The notes under the pieces: generated by a model
The model's input: only the letters and a program-made list of their open reading frames with translations
The model's database searches: none
What the model was told of the DNA's origin: nothing
Assembly (NCBI GenBank): GCA_905331295.1
Contig: CAJNYD010000037.1
Location: 106,953 to 126,952, forward strand
Reading direction: 5' to 3'
DNA from: Rotaria socialis
Lineage: Eukaryota
DNA length: 20,000 nucleotides
Made by a program: the position numbers and the translations under genes
Shown: one piece after another, positions 1 through 8,686 of the stretch
Numbering within the stretch: the stretch's first letter is position 1
Layout: each line of letters opens with the position of its first letter

Positions 1-1689
1 CTGATCGTCAATCGCAATCAGAAATAAAAACAACAAAAAAAACAAATACAAAAAAGCAACAAATATCAAAATCAAAATGTTTCTGCTCTTGTTGCTCTCA
101 TCAGCATTCATTCAGTACAAAAGACCAACGACGTTCATCGGTAAAAGCTGCTAATTCACCAAATACTGAGATGTGTGCTTTATTACCAATGTCGCAGTCA
201 ATGTCAACGCAAGATATGATTACTAGTGCACATGATGACATATTCACAATGACAAATTCTCTACAAAGTAATATGATGAAATCTGAACTAGTCTAATTAG
301 AAGTGAAGACTCCGGGTTCTTGTCCGGCATGTTTTTTTTACAGTGCTACTTAGCTGTAGAATAATCAATTTGATCTATAGTTCTTGTGTTTAATCGATGA
401 AGTTTTCTATATACATATATATCTACTTATGTTTAGATCATATGAACAATAACATAAGCAAAGTATCGGATGGTGATTCACATAATAAGTGAGTAGATAT
501 TTGTTGAGAATATTTTTTGAATGCTTTTCGAAACTTTTCATAGATCGTTCACATTATCACAAAATGATGAACAGCCTGATATTTTTGATACTCGCTCGTG
601 GCCAGCTGATACAGGAAGAAGATCTTTGGAACAAAATCAACCTCCTGCATTATCGACTGCAACAGCATCAGTAAATACAACAACTGAAATTCCATCAGTG
701 CTAACATTATTATTACCGATGATGAATGGAACCGAGTCAACTTCTGTTCCTCAAACAAAACAGTCTTCTATTATTTTTAGCAGTAATAACGGTGTCATTG
801 ATGATCCATTGATTCAATCATTAGCTGCCGAACAAGCTGCATCAGCACATAATTATGATCTCTTATCACATAGATACAAACGGGTAAGCGATATGTTTTT
901 AGAGTCTCTGCTGTTTTTTTTCATAAAACATTTTACATTTATTTTAAAGGTAAGGCGTCCATTACGTTACGGTGATCAATCGACTCGTCCTTCAAATATT
1001 CAATTTTTAATTAGTAAATAAAAACCATTTGTTTCCTAGAATAATCTTATTTGTTCTATTCAGATGCAAATATAAATGCTCAACAAACAGCAGCTGCAAA
1101 TCAACGTCTACTTTATAATATAAATAATACGTCCGATCTTACAGCATCTTCCAATGATGTATTTCACAATGATTGTGAAAATCCTAGTAATATTTTTGAG
1201 AAAACCTTTCAAAATTTTTCTTCATTTTCCATTGCAGATGATCTTCTCAATGATAATACCAATATGAGTACTGTTTCATTGAGTAGTATGTTATTTGTTG
1301 TACATTCCTATAAACTGTATTAATGTAATTTGTTTTTATAGCAACGATTGTCAATGCAGCATTGCAAAGCGATACTTCACGATTGCGTCTGGATTGGCCA
1401 GATAATGTAATTTGATATGCTTGAAAATAAAATAAAATATGTTTTCTTTTTTTCTTAGATGTCTGATTTGTCGTTCGGTAGTTTTCCAGATTTGCTTGAA
1501 TCTAATACACTATCGTCGACGCCAGGTGAACTGAACAATTTTGAACAGTCGACAGTGACTAATATAAATGAACAACACAAATGTGTGGTAAGTTTCATTG
1601 ATTAGTTACATGATATTTAAATTTTTGTTTTCTAGTCTGAAAATTCAATATCAGATGCAGTATTTGCCATCAATAATACAACTAATTGA
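1..1689 (+). CDS. 3' portion of a multi-exon gene for an unidentified low-complexity (S/T/N/Q-rich), probably disordered protein; 5' end lies outside the window
   Basis: Phase-compatible GT-AG exon chain: <1-267, 437-488, 544-883, 950-1013, 1064-1285, 1342-1406, 1459-1587, 1636-1689 (TGA). It joins ORFs 521..1021 and 1051..1323. It contains a basic patch RYKRVRRPLRY and an acidic/hydrophobic tail segment RLRLDWPDNMSDLSFGSFPDLL. No recognisable folded domain. Confidence 0.75.
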
Positions 1690-3444
1690 CTGCGTCAGAT
1701 TTGACTTTGAGCTTTTTTAGTTAATCATGATTTTATTTCCTAGTCAAATCGAAACGTCCTGTTGTACAATACGTCTGGTCAATTTCCATGAAATCATAAG
1801 TTCTCGAAGATGATCAAAACTAAAGCGACTTACATCAAAATTTCAACACGCATTTTAACTCGACATTCAGTTTTTTTTGCTTCTGCATGAAAATTCTTGT
1901 ATATGATAGAGTGAAAGCATCTTTTGTTTCACGTCTTACCAACAGTTGTCGATTCAAATACTAATATTTACCAAAGAAGAAGATTTTTTTTCTCAAACAA
2001 TATCGCCTCGCTTTAGTCAATGATTTATTAGGAAATTAAATTCTCTAGGCCACTACGAAATCGAGTTTCTTACTTTTATCGAGAAAAGTTATGAATAGAA
2101 AGAACAAAAAAGAAAGCCTATTTAGCTTATCAATAACAACAGTTTTTATTAAATAAAATATTTGCTTACAGTTAACCAACCATAAGTCAGAAAAACAGTC
2201 ACAAGTAGCATTGAGTTTTGATTCTAGCTGATTAATTTTGAGTGGGTTATTTTGCATCAGACGTTTTATGGAGAGACTTTTCACGCTTAGGTTATTTGAA
2301 TAAATATATGCGTCTATTAGCGGTTTTCTTATTTTAACTTTTTTCTTTTTTTTTCTATCTTTGAAATGAACTCTAATTGTTAATACTCGCATTTCGCTCT
2401 TGTTTATTGTATTTGCATTATTTTGTTTTCTTTTTGTGACTATTCTTGGATCCTCGGTGTTTTTCTTCTTTTGATAAAGAAAAAGAATATCAGAACAAAA
2501 ATATGATGAAGGGTATTTAAACAAGTTTCTTATTAAAGGTCTCATTTTTAATTTCTACTGGCTTCTACGAACACCTTACTATACCAGTCGAGTTTTTCTT
2601 AGAATATGTCAACTAATCCATTGAAAGTAATAATTAGTACAAGGACATTCAATCACGTATGGCAATATTTAAAGCATGTAATAATTTAGTATTCTCAAAT
2701 GACTAGCAATGTGCCGCGATAAGAAATCTATACATGAACATGATTATGAGCAATCAAAAGTGGGGCTACTGATTTATGACTCATTTTTTTTTCTCTTGCT
2801 CTTTTTGTATCTGATTAGGTTTCTATTTGTTCTCGTTCTGCTACCATACATATTCTGTCTTTTTTCGCCATACTAACAGAGCACAGTACAAATAAAAACA
2901 GAAGCTATGTAACATGTGTGCGCCCATCGTGTATTCCTCATTCTGTTCGGTTCTCCGTCATTGACACGGATAACTAGACTACCAATAACGTTGCCGTCTA
3001 CATTGCCTCACATTACAGACTGCTATGGTGTGCAGAATAGTCATATATTACTAAACTTATAAGCAAGAATTCTTTACAATCATCAAAGGAAATTTGGTGA
3101 GAAGGTAAACATATTTTAATCAACAACATGTCTCGTAGAAAAGCAAAACCTTTTTTATTTTGATGAATTTTAATTAAAATAAGAACGTATAGATTTTCAA
3201 ATCTATGAACTTCCATTGCTTTCTACATGTAAAAATAATCGGTTGCGTGCTTTACCGGAAAATCTAGCTTCGTTTTAAGTTACAAATTCTTGCTTGTTGA
3301 TGTAGTATTGTAGACGTGGTTTTAATAGTATTAGACTATCTATCAATGATAGTTGGAAAATTATATAAGAAAAGATTCGCTCATTTATTTTTGAATATTT
3401 ATTGCAGCTGAAAAAAACAACCATTATTTGTTTCATTTCAAATA

Positions 3445-4017
3445 ATGACATCGATCAGCGAATACGTTGAATTTAATTGTACGTTCGAATATAAACAATT
3501 AAAATTAATTGAAAAAGAATGGCTTTCTAGTGCATTATTTTATTCTTCGATTAATAATACGACATGGCGTTTACAAGTAGACAGGCTGCATCCAACAAAG
3601 CTGGGTATTTATTTAACATTGATTGACGGTGCTCCATGTACTTTATGTTCTTACACACTATCGATGATTACCAATAAAGAACCATCTCTTTTGATTTTTG
3701 TTAACAAATGTACTCAAAAACGGACATTTCCATCCAATAGTTTTTCATGGGGTTTTGCAAATTTTTGTTCGCGCCGTGAATTAAAAGATGAACGAAATCT
3801 TATTTGCGATCCAAAAACAAAATTAGTTAATCTACGGTGTTCTATGAATATAGAAGTTGCAGTTCCAAATAATATTACTGATGATCATCGTTTAGCAACT
3901 GAGCTATATCCTCGTTATTCACTTGAACAATGGATTGAGTTTCTCAAACAAGGTAATCATGATCTACCCGAGTTGACAAATAGAGTAAATGAAGAAATTG
4001 CAGCAAAATTATCCTGA
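3445..4017 (+). CDS. Stand-alone MATH/TRAF-domain protein, 190 aa, single coding exon
   Basis: ORF has MATH hallmarks: SSALFYS..TWRLQV, LGIYLTL, RTF..SFSWGFANFCSRRELKD and final strand LVNLRCSM, followed by a ~55-aa tail. A splice-acceptor-like site (tttattgcag, 3407) is followed by an in-frame TGA, so ATG 3445 is the likely start. Confidence 0.8.
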   Translation: MTSISEYVEFNCTFEYKQLKLIEKEWLSSALFYSSINNTTWRLQVDRLHPTKLGIYLTLIDGAPCTLCSYTLSMITNKEPSLLIFVNKCTQKRTFPSNSFSWGFANFCSRRELKDERNLICDPKTKLVNLRCSMNIEVAVPNNITDDHRLATELYPRYSLEQWIEFLKQGNHDLPELTNRVNEEIAAKLS

Positions 4018-4555
4018 TAGAAATTTTTTTCCTGCATATACGTGTACAAAATAAAACTGAAACCGACAATTTTATTTACCATGTAAACTCTATTTTGTTT
4101 TCACCAGTTGTCCTAATCATAAGATAAAACTGAATAAAAAATCTACTCAAAACAAACATTTTATAGATAAAATAATGTGCAACATTTTCCATTCAAAATA
4201 ATACGATATGAAAAGCTTTTGTTTTCGAACTCAAAGAAATTCATCACACAGTAAAGGGACATCCAGAAAAAAAATTGTTCTATTTAACATATCAAAGCAA
4301 GACGACAATCAAACAGTTTTAGAATGAGCATTTTTTATTCATCCTCACTTGAACCGACAACACACGACTGTACACATTTTTTATACTCCAGGTGATAGGC
4401 AAATCATTTCTTTTGTATTCTCATATAAGAAATGTTCTTTCAAGTTTCACAGAACAATGCAGCCAAGTAATAGCATATTATTCATTTCTTTCTCATTGTC
4501 TATTTGCATTGTACAAAGTTGTTCGTTTCATGCATCAATTAAATCTACAGATTCT

Positions 4556-4889
4556 TTATTGTGTCCGAATATAGGAATGACCACTTGAATATGAACTCAC
4601 ATCACCCATCAGACAGCGTACTATTATGATACCAATAAGCTACGATAACAAAAAACAACTTATATCACTATATTGNNNNNNNNNNNNNNNNNNNNNNNNN
4701 NNNNNNNNNNNNNNNNNNNNNNNNNNNNNNNNNNNNNNNNNNNNNNNNNNNNNNNNNNNNNNNNNNNNNNNNNNNAAGAAGAAAAATGAATAGAAGCGAA
4801 ACTAAGATGATACACAGATGTAATGGTCTGTCACGAACACTAGTTGTTGGTTTATATTGATATTGAAGAGATTGAGGTCGAGTATGCAT
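4556..4889 (-). CDS. Tetraspanin-like 4-TM protein, paralog A; middle of the gene lost in the assembly gap
   Basis: Exon 1 start 4889-4776 encodes MHTRPQSLQYQYKPTTSVRDRPLHLCIILVSLLFIFLL. On the other side of the gap, an AG acceptor precedes 4639-4556 encoding LIGIIIVRCLMGDVSSYSSGHSYIRTQ*, homologous to the last exon of paralog B (IVGIVMVRCLTDYVNLYSSNQLYV*). Confidence 0.75.
4676..4775. other. Assembly gap (100 N, probably a placeholder length)
   Basis: Run of exactly 100 N. Flanks align to 12138 and 12721 of paralog B, implying roughly 580 bp is missing if the genes are colinear. Confidence 0.98.
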
Positions 4890-4936
4890 TGGTATATATT
4901 GAATAGGGTCGTTTATAGATATCTTGACAACTATTG
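4776..4936. repeat. Direct repeat, copy 1 (near-identical to 12721-12881)
   Basis: 161-nt ungapped match with 5 mismatches; the first 76 nt (4776-4851) are identical to 12721-12796. Confidence 0.95.
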
Positions 4937-6905
4937 ATTATAACTGAGAATAAAATAAGTTGAAGTAAGGATAGAAAAGTTATGCAAATGAAAGCAAATG
5001 GTAGAGAAAAAGAAAGAGAGAGAGAGAGAGAAATAGAAGAATCGACGAGTAAAAGAATCGGTGAAAAATGAAAAAGTACTGCTAATGTTGGTAATGTCAA
5101 TGCTCGAGTAGCTGACGATGTCGTGAGAAAAGTAAAAAGTATATGCCACAGTAGCAGAACTTTTCTTCTTTCCCCGGTGTTTTGTCGTTGCTTCACCTTT
5201 CTAGGTAAAAATTGGTCGGATAAGTTTTCATGTTATCGCAGATGAGAATAGAAAAAAAAGCAAGAAGATATGTAATCATGTTGAGATGCAAACTATCGCT
5301 TAAAATAATATCAATAAATATTAATAGAGGACTGTATTTTCAGAAGTAATCATAGGTGTGAATTTTTACGTTAATATTCATATGATCTACAAATAGATGG
5401 TTAAAGTTGTAATCATTTTAGTCATAATCAATTTATAGCATACAATAAAACTTTGTTATCTGCTGTTGAAAAATATTCCTTTTTGGATTAATTATTCCAA
5501 CGAGTTCCATAGGTTTATAAGATCTAGGGTGATTTCTGCCCTCAATATTCTAAATGACTTCGATAAAAAAAAGACTAATCTTGTCCAGTAGACATTTTTA
5601 TTTTATCTAGAATAGACAAAAAAGATTGGATTGAAATAATTTTTAAAATACTTTATTCAGTATTTCTATCGTTACTAGCTAATACTTTAAGAACATGAAT
5701 ACTACGATGTAAGCTGAGATAATCTTTTACCATCCTTCTTTTCGATGCATCATATTGTATCACGAAACATTTGCCGTGATTGCCATCGGAATAAATATTT
5801 TCTAACAGTAAAAACGTAACCATTGTTAGATCAATTCATTTATTTACTGTATTGTTTTCGTTTTTTCGCATATGACTTTAATTATGTAAACTGTGCAGCA
5901 ATTGGATGAAAATATTGTTCAAAGCATTTGGGAAATTTTCTTCTGGATGTGAACTTAAATGAATTAGAGAATTACATCGCCTGCTACACGACTATCAACA
6001 CTTGCATGCATGACGATAAAAATATGAATATTGAAACATAACTTGTGGTGTACTACTAATATTGTTGATTTCGTTAGAATTTTAAAAATAGATATATCTC
6101 ATTTAATTAAATAACAAAATATTCAATATTGTATGAAAATTTGTAAATAAATAATATTTTAATATCAGTAATGGGCAGGCATCAATTTGTTTTATTGCCG
6201 AAGAGCAGCTTCTTTTTCTCTCGAAATCTATTTACTCTAATCAGCACTTTGTTTATAAGTTAAAATTAACTCATACGAACTATACATATCATCAATTTAG
6301 TTAAATTGGTTTTTATTAAAGTACTTATCCTCATTTCAATCAATTCAAAAAGAATTGTTAAACATCACTAGAGCTCAGCATAATTTAATTCTATACTTTC
6401 GCTCATGAAATTAATTTTATGTTTGTATTGGATTTAATATTCATCTGTCCAATCTGTCTAAAGATTATAAAAGACGCATAAATTTGTAAACATCAAAATT
6501 TTCTTTGACCAATTGAGTCATTATGTTTGATATGGCTTATGAAATACGATGATAATGTAGAGTTTGTTCTTTTGTCATACTATGTTTCTATTTCATGTCA
6601 ATTTGTTTGTTTAATTAATCAATCAAAAGCAGAAAACAATAACTTCGGCGAACAGTGTAACATCAACATGACCGTTCCGTCCCGAAATACAAGAAAATAA
6701 CTAATCGTTTGAGCCTTTGTTTATTTAACATATCGGGCACATAGTCGTCCTAATTTTGTTCATTGCTTTTGAGTCCGAAAGACTTTAGATGACAACGAAT
6801 GACGATTACAACATCTTCTCTTCTCTCTGTCTCTCTACTTGTCTCCTCTTTCTTTCTTTCGTTCGTTACTCAATCAATGATATGCTCATTGTCAAATAGT
6901 CGATA

Positions 6906-8635
6906 ATGAATTTAGCACTGTTATTACTGAGTATAATTCTAGCATTAATAAAAGCCGATTGTGGTGAAGAATTTAAAATAATATGTTATTTTTCGTCATG
7001 GACTGGCATTCATCCGGAAGCAAAAAATTGTACACATATTGTCTACACATTTGCACGCATTGAAGATGATAATACACTCACTGGTAATTATTAATCTACT
7101 CTAAAACATATTGAGTCATGTTTATCTATAATAAATAGGTGTATGGAGTAATCCTTTGAAAGAATTTAAGAATACTAAAGATCCAGATCTGAAAGTTTTA
7201 TTGGCTGTTGGTGGTCAAGATTACGCTATAAGACGAGCTGGTGAAATGATGTCCAAAGATGAATCACGCCAAAAATTTGTTATTTCAACAACAAAACTTT
7301 TACGAACACATGAGTTCGATGGTATTGATCTAAATTTTGAACCCAATGAAGCTTTAGGACCACCGTCATCGCCCAATCAACAAGTCATTGATGATAAAAA
7401 AAAATTATCAACACTGTGTAAAGTAAAATTTTGTTAACGTGTTGTGTTTGTTTTTGTCACTTTTGCTTTAATATTGCGAAGGAACTTCAAGAAGAATATG
7501 CTGAAGAAGCCGGTAGAACAGGACGAACTCGTCTATTACTTACAATAACGGTATCGGGAATAAAAAAACAACTTGAATCACGTTTTGATTTGCCAGAACT
7601 TGCAAAGTTAGAGTGAAGTTCTGATTTTCATTTAGTCTTAATTATTTATTTATATAGATGTGCTGATTGGCTCAACGTTCAAACATATGATTATCGAGGT
7701 TCACATGACAAAATTGCTGATCATCATAGTCCTCTTATGGAAGCTAAAAATGCTGAAGATAATGACAAAGATTTAAATCAGGTTTGCACAATTATCGATC
7801 ATTTCAATACATTCGATACGTTTTATTCTAGAATTCTGCCATTAAATTTATTGTTAGTACTGGTGTTGTACCATCAAAATTATCGCTTGGTTTGGCTGCA
7901 TATGGAAAAAAATTTCGTTTTACTAGTGATTCACGCGATATGGGCAGTGCCGCGACATGTGTCGGCAGTGTACCTTATATAGAAGTAAAAGAAAAATAAA
8001 TAAACTTTCCGTGAAATATTTTCTTTTGCTCAATTAGCTTTGTCGTAATATAGCGTCGGGCTGGCAACGAATCTTTCTCGATGATCGTAAAGTACCAATT
8101 ATGATGAAAGGTTGGTTTGTTTTGGTGGAAAAGAATGTTAGACTAAATTTAAACATATATTTTCCTAGGTGATGAAGTCATCGGTTACGATGACCTTCAA
8201 AGCATGGAATTAAAAGTAAGTGCGAAATTTCTGTCGAGAAATTCTATTTTGCAAAATTTTATACAATAGATTAATTATGCAAAAGAACAACGTCTTGGTG
8301 GTGTTGTCATATATCCAGTGAATTTCGATGATAGCTCAGCTCAATCATGTAGCCAAGGAAAATTTCCTATTGTCTCACTTGTAAAACAACTAACATCGAA
8401 TTATACTGTTTCATGTTTACCACCTACAACACAACCTTTAAATACAACTGTAGCACCACGAAATCGAACGAAGAACATAACGCCTAAATGGAAATTATCA
8501 CGTCCAGATTATTTAAGTCCTGGAATAGGATTACACCCTAAAGGTCATCGTCGAGTAAACAACTCTGCTTATACAGTACGATCAATCTATATAATTAAAA
8601 ATGTTTTATTTAGCTTTTTATTTCTGCTTGTATGA
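6906..8635 (+). CDS. Glycoside hydrolase family 18 chitinase-like protein, about 449 aa, signal peptide and probable GPI signal
   Basis: Exons 6906-7083, 7139-7422, 7482-7606, 7658-7781, 7832-7984, 8038-8110, 8169-8215, 8270-8635 give one open frame. GH18 motifs: KIICYFSSW, CTHIVYTFA, LKVLLAVGG, FDGIDLNFEP, DWLNVQTYDYRG, HHSPL, KLSLGLAAYG, IGYDD, YAKEQRLGGV, DD..C..GKFP. Confidence 0.93.
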
Positions 8636-8686
8636 ATTCTGTTGCAAAAAAGAAAGAAACATAATATATTCAGAACAAAAACACAA

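Noticed and set aside
2045..2545. 166-aa minus-strand ORF
   Set aside because: Lys/Ile/Asn-rich translation of poly-T/A tracts, with no domain and no exon structure; likely spurious.
4852..5196. Hydrophobic minus-strand ORFs (114 aa and 72 aa)
   Set aside because: They arise from the CT-rich tract upstream of paralog A and are not conserved in paralog B.
5200..6900. Hidden gene or RNA gene in the long intergenic stretch
   Set aside because: No phase-consistent exon chain, tRNA-like fold or repeat structure seen; treated as a divergent promoter region.
6906..8635. Horizontal-transfer origin of the GH18 gene
   Set aside because: Motifs (CYFSSW, CTHIVY, the RLLLT segment, DD..C..GKFP) and seven spliceosomal introns look animal-type; nothing in the sequence supports a foreign origin.
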